From the NCBI GenBank assembly GCA_930990645.1, contig CAKNQJ010000001.1, positions 104,153 to 168,152 of the forward strand: a DNA stretch of 64,000 bases, written 5' to 3'. Positions 49,048-60,019 of the stretch are shown piece by piece. The DNA is from an uncultured Clostridium sp. Lineage in GTDB: Bacteria > Bacillota > Clostridia > TANB77 > CAG-508. The notes under the pieces are model-generated. The model was not told where the DNA came from. It ran no database searches and saw nothing but the letters and a program-made list of their open reading frames with translations. The position numbers were made by a program, and so were the translations under genes. Position 1 is the first letter of the stretch. Every line of letters begins with the position of its first letter.

Positions 49048-50124
49048 ATGAGTATTGAGTCAGATTTAAGAAAAGATGGAATAACAGTTATTGGACCTTT
49101 AGATACACTAAGCATAAATACAATAGCAAGAGATACTGCTGATAGGTTATGCAAGGCATTTCCTGAGCAAAATTTTATATTTCAAAATTTGTTTATAGCT
49201 TTATCTCGTATACCAATGTATATTGCAGATATACCAAAGGGATTTGCAGAAGCAACATATTTTTATAAAAACTCATCAATGTATTTTAGACAGGGATTGA
49301 GTGTAGACGAGATGGAAAAATTTGCAGTACATGAGTTTATACACTATTTGCAAGAGATAAAAGACAAAAAAGGACGTTTAGTTAGGCTAGGTCTTTGTGA
49401 CTATGACGATATAAAAGTTTATGGAATGGGGTTAAATGAAGGAGCAGTACAATTAATGGCTTCAAAAGCTATTGGATCTCAAGAAGAGATTGTAAAGTAT
49501 TATGGCATATCACTTCCTACAAATAGTCCATCATACTATCCACTACTTTGTAATTTGGTTAATCAAATGGCATACGTTACTGGAAAAGATGCTTTATATG
49601 ATAGTACGCTTTATGGAACGGATACTTTTAAGAGAATATTTTCTGAATTATGTGGGCTTGACAATTTATTAAAAGTCCAATCTAATTTAGATAAGATTTT
49701 AGAGATTGAAGAAAAAGCAATTAAGCTTGATAATAAATTAATGAGTGACAAATGCGAGGGAATGAAGGCTCAAAAAGTTGCTAAGAAAATAGAAAAATGC
49801 AAGGAAAAAATAAAGGACTTATTTTTCCAAACGCAAAACTTGATTTATACTTCATACTTTAATACACAATTTGCTAAAATAACTACAACAGCCGATATTG
49901 ACGAGTATAGAGTAAGATTATATAATTACAAAAATTATATAGGAATATCTGATAGTTATTCTGACTTTAATGATTTTTATATCAACAAAATGATGGATTT
50001 AGATAATAAATATGAAAGTATAATGAATAATACAAGTTTGACTGTTGTAAGCACATCTAGAATAGCTAGATTTTTTAGAAGAATTAAAGAAATTTTATCA
50101 GCATCAGTTGAATTGAAAAAATGA
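49048..50124 (+). CDS. Hypothetical protein with an HExxH motif (putative metallopeptidase-like)
   Basis: HEFIHYLQE; good RBS; the C-terminal half is predicted helical/coiled. Confidence 0.45.
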   Translation: MSIESDLRKDGITVIGPLDTLSINTIARDTADRLCKAFPEQNFIFQNLFIALSRIPMYIADIPKGFAEATYFYKNSSMYFRQGLSVDEMEKFAVHEFIHYLQEIKDKKGRLVRLGLCDYDDIKVYGMGLNEGAVQLMASKAIGSQEEIVKYYGISLPTNSPSYYPLLCNLVNQMAYVTGKDALYDSTLYGTDTFKRIFSELCGLDNLLKVQSNLDKILEIEEKAIKLDNKLMSDKCEGMKAQKVAKKIEKCKEKIKDLFFQTQNLIYTSYFNTQFAKITTTADIDEYRVRLYNYKNYIGISDSYSDFNDFYINKMMDLDNKYESIMNNTSLTVVSTSRIARFFRRIKEILSASVELKK

Positions 50125-50310
50125 CGGAGCATTTGTAGCAAGTTATTCACTGTAGTGTATAATTCGTTAACAATATAAAATGTATAATGCTTAAAAATAA
50201 AATCACACCAATTCATTAGTGAAAAGGTGTGATTTTGTTTGACTATTTTTAGGAGTGTCCCAAACGTCCAAGTTCTTGGACAAAAAGGAGTGTCCCTAAT
50301 GTCCAAGTAC
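50125..50310. repeat. TGACGGAGCATTTG box, the terminator hairpin AAATCACACC / GGTGTGATTT (50200-50240), and paired GGAGTGTCCC boxes
   Basis: Read directly; lies between convergent genes. Confidence 0.8.
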
Positions 50311-52734
50311 AATGTTATAAATCTTATTCTTTACATAGATTTCTTTAACAACGGTTTTTCCTTCAAGTTGAGTTTTAACATTAGCATTTTCATGAACAAT
50401 ATTTTTTACTTCTTCTTCGCTGGCATCTACTGCAATCTGAACGGTGGCTCTAACTTTGCCATTTACTTGAACAGGAATTTCTATAGTATCTTCTACTAAT
50501 TTGGCTTCATCATATGTAGGCCAAGCTTCATAAGTGATTGTATCATTATGTCCAAGTCTATTCCATAGTTCTTCTGCAATGTGTGGTGCTACTGGACTTA
50601 GTAATTTTACAAATCCTTCTGCATATTCTTTTGGAAGTATATCTTCCTTAGTTGCAGCATTTACAAATATCATCATTTGAGAAATTGCTGTGTTAAAGAA
50701 CATGTTTTCATAGTCGTTTGTAACTTTCTTTACAGTATAGTTGTATACTTTTTCAAGTGCTTTTATAGATGCTTGGATTTTTTCATCATTTTGACTTTCT
50801 AGTGAAGCAGTATCTTGAACTTTGCCAGATTCTACAAATAATCTCCAAACTCTATCCAAGAATTTCTTTGAGCCATCTATACCGTTTGGGTCCCAAGGCT
50901 TAGCTGCATCTATAGGTCCCATAAACATTTCATATACTCTTAGAGCGTCTGCACCATATTCTTTTACCATATCATCAGGATTGATTACATTTCCCTTAGA
51001 TTTACTCATTTTTTCTCCATTTGAGCCAAGTATCATACCTTGATGACGTAGTTTTGCAAATGGCTCTTTTGTAGGAGCAATTCCTTTGTTGTATAGATAA
51101 TTGTTCCAAAATCTTGAATATAGCAAATGTCCTACTGCATGTTCTGGTCCACCAACATAAAGGTCAACAGGCATCCAATGTTTAAGAAGTTCTGGGTCTG
51201 CAATTTCGGTTTCATTATGTGGGTCAATATATCTTAAGAAATACCAGCTAGAGCCAGCACTACCTGGCATTGTGCTTGTCTCGCGCTTAGCAGGTTTTCC
51301 TTCAAAAGTAGTGTTTACCCAATCTGTTGCTTTATCAAGTGGAGAAGCTCCTGTTTTAGATGGAGCATAGTCTTCTAGTTCTGGTAAAACTAGAGGTAAA
51401 TCTTCATCTGCCAAAACATGGATTTCATTTCCTTCTGTAAATACAATTGGAATTGGCTCGCCCCAATAACGTTGTCTTGCAAATATCCATTCACGTAGTT
51501 TGTAATTTACTTTTTTGTCTCCTATGCCTTTATCTTCAAGCCATGAAATCATCTTATCTATTGCTTCTTGCTTTCCAAGTCCATTTAAGAAATCAGAATT
51601 AATGTGAACACCATCTCCTGTAAATGCTTCTTTAGAGATGTCTCCACCTTCAAGAACAGGAATAATCTCAATTCCAAATTTCTTTGCAAATTCATAATCT
51701 CTTTCATCATGTGCAGGTACTGCCATAATAGCACCTGTACCATATGTTGCTAAAACATAGTCAGAAATCCAAATTGGAATTTCTTTTCCATTTACAGGAT
51801 TTATGGCATAAGCACCTGTAAAGCATCCTGTTTTCTCTTTATTCAATTCAGTTCTTTCTAAGTCAGACTTAGCAGCAGCCTGTGCTTTGTATTCTTTTAC
51901 AGCATCTTTTTGCTCAGACGTTGTAATTTCATCTACTAATGCATGTTCAGGTGAAAGAACACAATATGTAGCACCAAATAATGTATCTGCTCTAGTTGTA
52001 AATACAGTAAACTCTTTATCTGTATTTGCTACTTTAAATCTAACCTCAGCACCAACTGATTTACCAATCCAATTTCTTTGAATTTCTTTTGTAGACTCAG
52101 GCCAATCAATTTCATCCAAACCAGAAAGAAGAATTTCTGCATATTTAGGAATATCCATAACCCATTGTTTCATATTTTTACGAACAACAGGGAAACCTCC
52201 TCTTTCACTCTTTCCATTTATAACCTCATCATTTGAAAGAACACAGCCTAATCCCTCACACCAGTTTACAGGCATTTCTACAAGCTTAGCTAATCCATCA
52301 TTATATAATTGTTTAAAAATCCATTGTGTCCATTTGTAGTAACTAGGGTCACATGTAGAAATTTCTTTGCTCCAATCAAATGAAAGACCAAGCATTTTTA
52401 GTTGCTTTTTAAATGTCTCTATATTTTTAGCAGTAAAACCAGCAGGATGATTTCCTGTTTTTATAGCATATTGCTCAGCAGGAAGTCCAAAAGCATCCCA
52501 TCCCATTGGATGAAGTACATTGTAACCTTGCATTCTTCTCATTCTAGACATTATGTCTGTTGCTGTATATCCCTCTGGATGTCCAACATGAAGACCTTGT
52601 CCAGATGGGTAAGGAAACATATCTAAGGCATAATACTTAGGTTTAGAAAAATCCCATACATCAGTTTTAAATGTTTCGTTTTCATCCCAATAGTCTTGCC
52701 ATTTTTTCTCGATTTCATTAAAGTTATATGACAT
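50296..52734 (-). CDS. leuS: Leucyl-tRNA synthetase
   Basis: HMGH and KMSKS class I motifs; start chosen at [13 protein letters not shown] with RBS AAGGACTG. Confidence 0.9.
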   Translation of the reverse strand: MSYNFNEIEKKWQDYWDENETFKTDVWDFSKPKYYALDMFPYPSGQGLHVGHPEGYTATDIMSRMRRMQGYNVLHPMGWDAFGLPAEQYAIKTGNHPAGFTAKNIETFKKQLKMLGLSFDWSKEISTCDPSYYKWTQWIFKQLYNDGLAKLVEMPVNWCEGLGCVLSNDEVINGKSERGGFPVVRKNMKQWVMDIPKYAEILLSGLDEIDWPESTKEIQRNWIGKSVGAEVRFKVANTDKEFTVFTTRADTLFGATYCVLSPEHALVDEITTSEQKDAVKEYKAQAAAKSDLERTELNKEKTGCFTGAYAINPVNGKEIPIWISDYVLATYGTGAIMAVPAHDERDYEFAKKFGIEIIPVLEGGDISKEAFTGDGVHINSDFLNGLGKQEAIDKMISWLEDKGIGDKKVNYKLREWIFARQRYWGEPIPIVFTEGNEIHVLADEDLPLVLPELEDYAPSKTGASPLDKATDWVNTTFEGKPAKRETSTMPGSAGSSWYFLRYIDPHNETEIADPELLKHWMPVDLYVGGPEHAVGHLLYSRFWNNYLYNKGIAPTKEPFAKLRHQGMILGSNGEKMSKSKGNVINPDDMVKEYGADALRVYEMFMGPIDAAKPWDPNGIDGSKKFLDRVWRLFVESGKVQDTASLESQNDEKIQASIKALEKVYNYTVKKVTNDYENMFFNTAISQMMIFVNAATKEDILPKEYAEGFVKLLSPVAPHIAEELWNRLGHNDTITYEAWPTYDEAKLVEDTIEIPVQVNGKVRATVQIAVDASEEEVKNIVHENANVKTQLEGKTVVKEIYVKNKIYNIVLGH

Positions 52735-52799
52735 ATCATCAGTCCTTATTTTGTAAATTTGCAATCAATTTCTATGAGTACATTACATTAAATGAATGA

Positions 52800-53006
52800 T
52801 TACATAAGAAAATTTAATGTAACGATGTTATTACTATACCACAAAATGGGGAAAAATTCCATAGTTTTAGAGAGTTTTTTTAAAACATCTCTTCTAGGTA
52901 AATCTTCTTCTTGGTCAATACGAACATATTGCCTTAGGCTAATACCTAAAAGGTTAGCCATCTGTTCTTGTGTATAATGTTTTTCTTTCCTTTTCTCTTT
53001 AATCAT
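52800..53006 (-). CDS. XRE-family HTH regulator (68 aa)
   Basis: HTH YTQEQMANLLGISLRQYVRIDQ; divergent from the pilin-like gene at 53173. Confidence 0.6.
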   Translation of the reverse strand: MIKEKRKEKHYTQEQMANLLGISLRQYVRIDQEEDLPRRDVLKKLSKTMEFFPILWYSNNIVTLNFLM

Positions 53007-53172
53007 ATAATCAGTCCTTTATAGTAGTTATTATAGAAAATTATTTGAAAAATATTACTATATTTAAATTATCCCATAATTAATACAAAAAATATATTAA
53101 CATTAAACGTCATGTTTGATAATATTGTTGTAGTAAAAACAAACGAATAAATTAATTAGGGGGAATAACGAA

Positions 53173-54006
53173 ATGGAGAAGTATTTTAAAGAATACAAAG
53201 GAATTACGCTCTTAGCAATGGCAATAAGTATAGTGATAATCATTATACTGTCAGTAATAGCGATAAATGCAACATTCGGAGAAAATGGCTTAGTAACAAG
53301 CGCAAAAACAGCAAAAGAAGAAACAGAGAAGGAAAGGGCAAGAGAAGAATTAGGAACGGTATTAGCAGATGCTTTTGCAGAAAAGATTGTCAACAAAGAA
53401 TATAACCAAAATGAATTTTTAGATGAATTTATAAAACAAAGAATAGAAAAAGTTGAAATATTAGGAGATATTGTAACTGTAAATGGCTACAGTTTTGAAA
53501 TTGATAGAAGTATACCACAAATAGGAAGATATTTGGGAAAATTTGAAGATTTAACATTTCCTACGATATCTACAGAAGTAGTTTTGGCGGATGATTTTAA
53601 ATCAGCTAATATAGCTATAAAGGCAAAAGAAGAAGAAAATGGAATAAGCAAGATAGAAATTATACAGGCAGGTGAGGTTATTCAAACTTATACATATGAT
53701 AATGTAAAAGAAGAAATAACAGAAACATATACTGTAAAAAGTGTAGGGACATATAATGTGAAAGTATATTCTAATACGAATATGTCGCAATATGTAAAAG
53801 TAGAAGGAATTGTTACAACAGTAAATTTCACACCAAATGGAAGTACAGAATATAAGAAAGAGTATTCAGTTCAATTATCTGCAGAAGAAAGTATGGATAA
53901 AATAAAAAACATAAAATATCAATGGCTACAAACAGTGGTAGAGCCATCGGCAGATAGTTTTCAAGAAAGTTGTAATAATAATGACACAATAAAGAAAATA
54001 GATTAA
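53173..54006 (+). CDS. Pilin-like N-terminal TM protein with an extracellular domain; probably continues into the next ORF after a frame change
   Basis: N-terminus KGITLLAMAISIVIIIILSVIAINATFGENGL is paralogous to the 18409 gene; RBS GGGGGAA. Confidence 0.55.
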   Translation: MEKYFKEYKGITLLAMAISIVIIIILSVIAINATFGENGLVTSAKTAKEETEKERAREELGTVLADAFAEKIVNKEYNQNEFLDEFIKQRIEKVEILGDIVTVNGYSFEIDRSIPQIGRYLGKFEDLTFPTISTEVVLADDFKSANIAIKAKEEENGISKIEIIQAGEVIQTYTYDNVKEEITETYTVKSVGTYNVKVYSNTNMSQYVKVEGIVTTVNFTPNGSTEYKKEYSVQLSAEESMDKIKNIKYQWLQTVVEPSADSFQESCNNNDTIKKID

Positions 54007-54029
54007 CAGGAACATGGTATTTATGGGCA

Positions 54030-54797
54030 TTGGTTGAGACAGAGAGTGGAAAGACAAATATCAACAGAAGTGAAGCATTTAATTTTGATAATACTGGACC
54101 CGTAACTACATTAACATCAACTCCAGTATCTGAAAACTCATTTACACTAAGTGCGACAGCAAGTGATAATGAAACACAAGTTACTAGTTACAAGTTCTAT
54201 GTAAATGATGAATTAAAAGAAACTATCGAAACAAATGAAGACATAGCATCATATACAGAGACAGGCGAAGATATGGGAGAAGTAAAATGCTATGTTATTG
54301 CAACTGATAGACTTGGAAACGAAACAAAACAAACAGTAACAGCGAGAACTCAAATGTATACTTGGGAAAGATGGAATGTGATAGCTACTAAAATATATAA
54401 GCAAGCAGTGGGAAGTATTGTGAGCACAAATTATAGAGTATTTGCTAATACGGGCACTTCTTTTCTATATAGAACTATTTTTAATAATACAACAGGAAGT
54501 TATTCGCAAGGTTCTCGATTTACATGCTTTGGACAGATAGGTAGTACTTATGTATATGGAAAGGGTAGTTCTGCTCAACAAAATGGAGCATTATATTATT
54601 GTTATTTAGGCTCTCAGAATAGCTATGGAAGTATATTTAAATGTTATAAAATATACAGAGCAACATCTGAATTATCCTCTTCTGTAGACTCTAAAGGAAC
54701 AATACAGTATGAAGATGCTACTAGTACATCAAGTACAGAATATCCAACAAACGGAAAAAGCGGTGAATACTGGTATGTATATAAAGGTATTCAATAA
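54030..54797 (+). CDS. Probable C-terminal portion of the preceding gene (Thr/Ser-rich beta-rich domain)
   Basis: No ATG or RBS. The frame is open from 53985 and overlaps the upstream stop in an A-rich tract. Confidence 0.45.
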   Translation: MVETESGKTNINRSEAFNFDNTGPVTTLTSTPVSENSFTLSATASDNETQVTSYKFYVNDELKETIETNEDIASYTETGEDMGEVKCYVIATDRLGNETKQTVTARTQMYTWERWNVIATKIYKQAVGSIVSTNYRVFANTGTSFLYRTIFNNTTGSYSQGSRFTCFGQIGSTYVYGKGSSAQQNGALYYCYLGSQNSYGSIFKCYKIYRATSELSSSVDSKGTIQYEDATSTSSTEYPTNGKSGEYWYVYKGIQ

Positions 54798-54809
54798 AAA
54801 GGAGCAATA

Positions 54810-55175
54810 ATGAAAAAGAATAAAAAAGATATAATAAAAATCATTTTAGAATTAGCAGTATTAATACTACTAATTCTATGGATTATTCAATTAATAAGTG
54901 CACAGGGAGGATTATCTGATTCTGTAAAAGCAGGAACCGCACAAGAAAAACTAGATGAAGCAATTAAAATTTTTACATCTTCAAATGGAATGAAATTAGA
55001 AGATGCCATAAACAATATTGAGGGGCTAGAAAGTTTAGAAATCAATGCAGAGACTGGGGAGTATCACATGATAATAGACGGACAAAGTTTTATGGTTATT
55101 AGTCAAGAGACTTTTCCAGAAGAAGGAAAGAATTCAATAAATGAAGTTGAGGTAAAAGATGGACAAGAAAACTAA
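54810..55175 (+). CDS. Small membrane-anchored hypothetical protein
   Basis: RBS AAAGGAG; one N-terminal TM segment. Confidence 0.5.
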   Translation: MKKNKKDIIKIILELAVLILLILWIIQLISAQGGLSDSVKAGTAQEKLDEAIKIFTSSNGMKLEDAINNIEGLESLEINAETGEYHMIIDGQSFMVISQETFPEEGKNSINEVEVKDGQEN

Positions 55176-55753
55176 ACGAAAATTTAATATAGTAATTAGT
55201 ATAGCTATCGTTTTGCTAGCAATAGCAACAATTCCAAAAACATTTCAAGAAGACACATTCTATATGATAAAAGTGGGAGAATACATATGTGAAAATGGAA
55301 TGCAAGTAATACAAGACAGAATAGAGCCATTCTCATGGCATGACGGCTTAATATATACATATTAAAAATATCGTAGTGCAACCATATATTGATACTAATT
55401 CGTATCCAGTATCTGCAGTGAAATGGCTAAAGGACAATGTCAATGTAAAGGAAATGAGACTTTTTAACGACTTTAATTATGGAAGCTATTTGTTGTTTGA
55501 GGATATTCCTGTATTCATTGATGGAAGGGCAGATGTTTACGACCCAGTATTTAATGGAAAAGAAGATGATGTGTTTTTAGACTACATGCAAGCAAGCTCA
55601 TTACAAGTATGGTATGAAGATGTTTTCAAAAAATATGATGTCACACACATAATAACAGTGACAAATTCACAATTAGATATTTATCTGCAAAGAAATATTG
55701 ATTATAAAAATATGTATAATGATGGAACTTTTTCAATTTATGAGGTTAGATAG
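55159..55753 (+). pseudogene. Remnant of a larger membrane protein (GT-C/YfhO-like?): an N-terminal 68-aa fragment and a C-terminal 125-aa fragment in different frames
   Basis: The first ORF is a TM-anchored N-terminus ending at 55365. The second, at 55376-55753, has no start context and looks like a soluble C-terminal domain. Confidence 0.35.
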
Positions 55754-56029
55754 AAAATAAGATTATAAAAATATAGTATTAGTTAATAATACTATATTTT
55801 TTGCAATTCGTATAAAAAATGGCAAAATTAAAATTTTCTTCTTACAGTCGGAAACTTAAATCGTAACGAACAAGGTTGATTTACCTTGTTATGAGAAATA
55901 AAATGTAGTAACATATAGTTGACTATGTTTACAAATTTTGCTATAACTATTATGAAAAAGTTCTAAAAACGGTGATGGATGCTAGGAATAGTTTATGATA
56001 TTAGTAAAAAATCGAAAGGAGAGATTAGC

Positions 56030-56491
56030 ATGAACGAATACATGAAAATAGCAAAAGAATGTGCTAAACATGGAGTAAGTTATAACGAGGGGGGGCCATT
56101 TGGCGCAGTTATAACTGACAAAGACGGAAACATTATTGCAAAAGGAAATAACATGGTACTTGTAAAAAATGACCCAACTGCACATGCAGAGGTAACAGTT
56201 ATAAGAAAGGTTTGTGAAAAATTAGGAACATATGACCTATCAGGATATATTCTATATACATCATGTGAGCCATGTCCAATGTGCTTATCTGCAATAATTT
56301 GGTCAAATATTAAAGAAGTATATTATGCATGTACAAAAGATGATGCCGGAAAGATTGGCTTTAGAGATGATGTGATTTATGAATATTTGGAAGGAAAGAA
56401 TAGAGATTTAATAAATCTAAAACAAATCGATAGAGAAGAATGCATAAATTTATTCGAAGAATATGAGAAAAATAATAAAACGATCTATTAA
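56030..56491 (+). CDS. Nucleoside/guanine deaminase (CMP/dCMP deaminase zinc-binding family)
   Basis: HAE and PCPMC zinc-binding motifs; RBS AAAGGAGAG. Confidence 0.8.
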   Translation: MNEYMKIAKECAKHGVSYNEGGPFGAVITDKDGNIIAKGNNMVLVKNDPTAHAEVTVIRKVCEKLGTYDLSGYILYTSCEPCPMCLSAIIWSNIKEVYYACTKDDAGKIGFRDDVIYEYLEGKNRDLINLKQIDREECINLFEEYEKNNKTIY

Positions 56492-56559
56492 AGCATTGGA
56501 ATTTGACTTAAAATGTGGTATAATAAAGTTGTAATAATTATTATAAGGAAGGTGTAACT

Positions 56560-56988
56560 TTGAAGAAAAAATCTGAAGAGACTCGGGTGGTTAAGACCAT
56601 TCCGGTGAAGAGTTCCCATCAGGTAGAGCGAGCAATAAAGCTATTTATTGCTAAGACTCGCAAGAATCGTAACATCAATCTGACGATTGAGGAAAGACCT
56701 ATATCTGCTGATGGAAAGATGGTAGTTGAATTTCTTGGCGAAACAATTCACCATATTAAGCTACCTTTTTCAAAGAAGAGGTGGGTGCCTGAAAAACTTA
56801 CTGTAGTCAAGAGCATCAAGGACATTCAGTTCTTACAAGAGATTATCTGTGATACAGAAGATCGCTTGGAAGAGAGATTTGGCAAAAAGTTTGCAGTAAA
56901 ACTTGTCAGCCTGACAATGCATGAGGCTGATGGGAAATACCTTCTGATCCTACTTGCGACCAAAGTGTGTCGTAAAAAGAAAAAATGA
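56560..56988 (+). CDS. Hypothetical basic protein in a higher-GC segment
   Basis: TTG start with RBS AGGAAGGTG; ~42% GC; no recognisable family. Confidence 0.45.
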   Translation: MKKKSEETRVVKTIPVKSSHQVERAIKLFIAKTRKNRNINLTIEERPISADGKMVVEFLGETIHHIKLPFSKKRWVPEKLTVVKSIKDIQFLQEIICDTEDRLEERFGKKFAVKLVSLTMHEADGKYLLILLATKVCRKKKK

Positions 56989-57156
56989 GGGTAGGATTTT
57001 ACATAGCGTCACATTGTGGCGCTACTTTTATGTAAAAAAATTACAATCTTAACAATAGAATTTAACATTATTCATATATTTTGTATCCGATAACTTTCAA
57101 AAATACTAGGCAAATTTAAGACCTCCTTCTCGTGAATATTTATAAAAAATTTCAGC

Positions 57157-57185
57157 TTGACATTAAGGCAAAATTTATATATGAT
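57157..57185 (+). promoter_or_regulatory. Sigma-A-like promoter TTGACA-17 bp-TATGAT, ~200 nt upstream of adhE
   Basis: Consensus -35 and a good -10, read directly. Confidence 0.5.
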
Positions 57186-57389
57186 AAAGGCTGAAAGAAA
57201 AATATATTAGGGACTTGCTATAGCGGACAAACTTTAAATTACTTAAGTAACAGCATTAAAGAATTTTAGATAAAAGACGATTTATTCAAGGTTTGACTGA
57301 TAAATGACAAAAGTAGTGTTATAACCTAAGTGCTTAAAGACAAAAGTGTCGCCAAAAGGCCTGTCCCTAAAGTGACAAGGAGGTAAGTT

Positions 57390-59993
57390 ATGGGTAAAGA
57401 AATTAGCACAGAGGAGCAAGAGAAAATAAAGGGCATGATTGATGGACTTATTGAGAAAGCTAAAAAGGCATCTGAGGAGTACTTGAAATTAACTCAAGAG
57501 GATGTAGACAGAATAGTAAAGGCTATGTCTATGGCTGGATTAGAGCATCACATGCAGCTTGCTAAAATGGCAGTAGAGGAGACTGGAAGAGGTATTTACG
57601 AAGACAAAATAACTAAGAATATGTTTGCTACAGAGTATGTTTATCATAGCATTAAGTATGATAAAACTGTAGGAATTATTTCTGAAAATGAGGAAGAAGG
57701 GTATGTAGAAATTGCAGAGCCTATTGGTATTATTGCAGGTGTTACACCAGTTACAAATCCAACTTCTACTACTATGTTTAAGTCTATGATTGCAGCTAAA
57801 ACAAGAAATGTTATAATTTTTGGATTCCATCCATCTGCACAAAAGTGTAGTGTAGAGGCAGCAAAAATAGTTAGAGATGCTGCAATTGCTGCAGGTGCAC
57901 CAGAAAATTGTATTTTATGGATAGAAGAGCCATCAGTAACTGCAACAAATATGCTTATGCATCATCCAGATGTTAATTTGATTTTGGCTACAGGAGGAAC
58001 TGGAATGGTCAAGGCTGCATATTCATGTGGTAAACCAGCATTAGGAGTAGGTCCTGGAAATGTTCCATGTTATATAGATAAAACAGCAAAATTAAAAACT
58101 TCAGTAAATGATTTAGTAATGTCAAAATCATTTGATAATGGTATGATTTGTGCATCAGAGCAATCAGTTATTGTTGATAAAGATATAAAAGATGAATTTG
58201 AAAGATTGATGAAAGAGGCAGGATGTTATTTCTTATCTGATGATGAGACGCAAAAATTAAGAGACACAATGTTTATTAAAGAAAAGGATGGAGCTTTAAA
58301 TTCTGCGATAGTAGGTCAAAGTCCATACAAGATAGCATCACAAGCTGGAATAGAAGTTCCAGAAGATACAAAAGTATTAGTATTAAAAGAAAATGGTGTT
58401 GGAATTGAGTATCCATTTTCTAAGGAAAAGCTAAGCCCAGTTCTAGCATATTATGTGGTAGAAAATTCAGATGAGGGAATAGATTTAGCAGAAAAGCTAA
58501 TTGAATTTGGAGGACTTGGTCATTCAGCAGTAATTCATTCAGAGGACAAAGAAACAATACTAAAATTCTCAGAAAAAGTTAAAGTAGGAAGAATAATCGT
58601 TAATTCTCCATCAACTCATGGTGCAATTGGTGATATATACAATACAAATATGCCATCACTCACACTTGGATGTGGTACATTTGGTGGAAACTCAACAACA
58701 GCAAATGTATCAAGCGTAAACTTAATAAATATAAAAAGAGTTGCAGATAGGAGGGTTAATATGCAATGGTTTAAAGTTCCAGAAAAGATATATTTTGAAG
58801 CTGGCTCAATAGGATATTTAGAGAAAATGCCAGAAATAACAAGAGCATTTATAGTAACAGACCCATCAATGGTACAATTAGGGTACATAGACAAAATATT
58901 ATATCACTTAAGAAAAAGACAGAGTTACGTACATTCTGAGATATTCTCAGATGTAGAATCAGACCCATCATTTGACACAATAAATAGAGGAGTTCAAATG
59001 ATGAATGAATTCAAGCCTGATGTAATTATCTCAGTAGGTGGAGGAAGCCCAATAGATGCTGCAAAAGGAATGTGGCTATTCTATGAACATCCAGATGCAG
59101 ATGTAGAAGGATTAAAACTTAAATTTATGGATATTAGAAAACGTACATACAAATTCCCAAAACTAGGAGAAAAAGCAAAATTTGTAGCAATACCAACAAC
59201 TTCAGGAACAGGCTCAGAAGTTACATCATTTGCAGTTTTAACAGACAAGAAAATAAATAAGAAATATCCATTAGCAGACTATGAGTTAACACCAGATGTT
59301 GCAATAGTTGACCCAGACTTAGTAATGAGCTTACCAAAAAGAATTACAGCAGATACAGGAATGGATGTATTGACACATGCAATAGAAGCATATGTATCAA
59401 ATATGGCATCTGATTATACAGATGGATTAGCTGAAAAAGCAGTAGAACTTGTATTCAAAAATTTAAGAGAAGCATATAACCATGGAGACAACAAAGAAGC
59501 AAGGGAACATATGCATAATGCAAGTACTATAGCAGGAATGGCATTCACAAATGCATTCTTGGGAATAAACCACTCTTTGGCACACAAAATAGGAGCAGAA
59601 TTCCACATGGCACATGGTAGAATAAATGCAATCTTATTACCATATGTTATAAAATACAACAGCAGTAGACCTACAAAATTTGTATCATTCCCAAAATACG
59701 AATACTTCATAGCAGACCAAAAATATGCAGACTTAGCTAGAAGAATGCACTTTAAAGCAGATACAAATGAAGAAGGTGTAAATTCATTAATAGAGGAAAT
59801 AAAGAAATTAAACGAAGACTTAGGAATAGAAAAATGCTTCAAAGACGCAGGAATAGACGAGAATGAATTCATGGCAAAAGTAGATATGCTTGCAGATAGA
59901 GCATTTGAAGACCAATGTACAACAGCAAATCCAAGAGTACCGCTAGTAAGCGAACTAAAACAAATTTTGATAGACAGCTATTATGGAAATTAA
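57390..59993 (+). CDS. adhE: Bifunctional acetaldehyde-CoA/alcohol dehydrogenase
   Basis: N-terminal ALDH domain (catalytic ICASEQS) and a C-terminal iron-containing ADH domain. Confidence 0.95.
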   Translation: MGKEISTEEQEKIKGMIDGLIEKAKKASEEYLKLTQEDVDRIVKAMSMAGLEHHMQLAKMAVEETGRGIYEDKITKNMFATEYVYHSIKYDKTVGIISENEEEGYVEIAEPIGIIAGVTPVTNPTSTTMFKSMIAAKTRNVIIFGFHPSAQKCSVEAAKIVRDAAIAAGAPENCILWIEEPSVTATNMLMHHPDVNLILATGGTGMVKAAYSCGKPALGVGPGNVPCYIDKTAKLKTSVNDLVMSKSFDNGMICASEQSVIVDKDIKDEFERLMKEAGCYFLSDDETQKLRDTMFIKEKDGALNSAIVGQSPYKIASQAGIEVPEDTKVLVLKENGVGIEYPFSKEKLSPVLAYYVVENSDEGIDLAEKLIEFGGLGHSAVIHSEDKETILKFSEKVKVGRIIVNSPSTHGAIGDIYNTNMPSLTLGCGTFGGNSTTANVSSVNLINIKRVADRRVNMQWFKVPEKIYFEAGSIGYLEKMPEITRAFIVTDPSMVQLGYIDKILYHLRKRQSYVHSEIFSDVESDPSFDTINRGVQMMNEFKPDVIISVGGGSPIDAAKGMWLFYEHPDADVEGLKLKFMDIRKRTYKFPKLGEKAKFVAIPTTSGTGSEVTSFAVLTDKKINKKYPLADYELTPDVAIVDPDLVMSLPKRITADTGMDVLTHAIEAYVSNMASDYTDGLAEKAVELVFKNLREAYNHGDNKEAREHMHNASTIAGMAFTNAFLGINHSLAHKIGAEFHMAHGRINAILLPYVIKYNSSRPTKFVSFPKYEYFIADQKYADLARRMHFKADTNEEGVNSLIEEIKKLNEDLGIEKCFKDAGIDENEFMAKVDMLADRAFEDQCTTANPRVPLVSELKQILIDSYYGN

Positions 59994-60019
59994 AAAATTG
60001 GGGGAAACCCCAATTTTTT
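59994..60019. terminator. Bidirectional terminator AAAATTGGGG-gaaa-CCCCAATTTT between convergent adhE and aspS
   Basis: Perfect 10-bp stem, GAAA loop, T-run; same TTGGGG/CCCCAA core as the 23879 palindrome. Confidence 0.7.
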
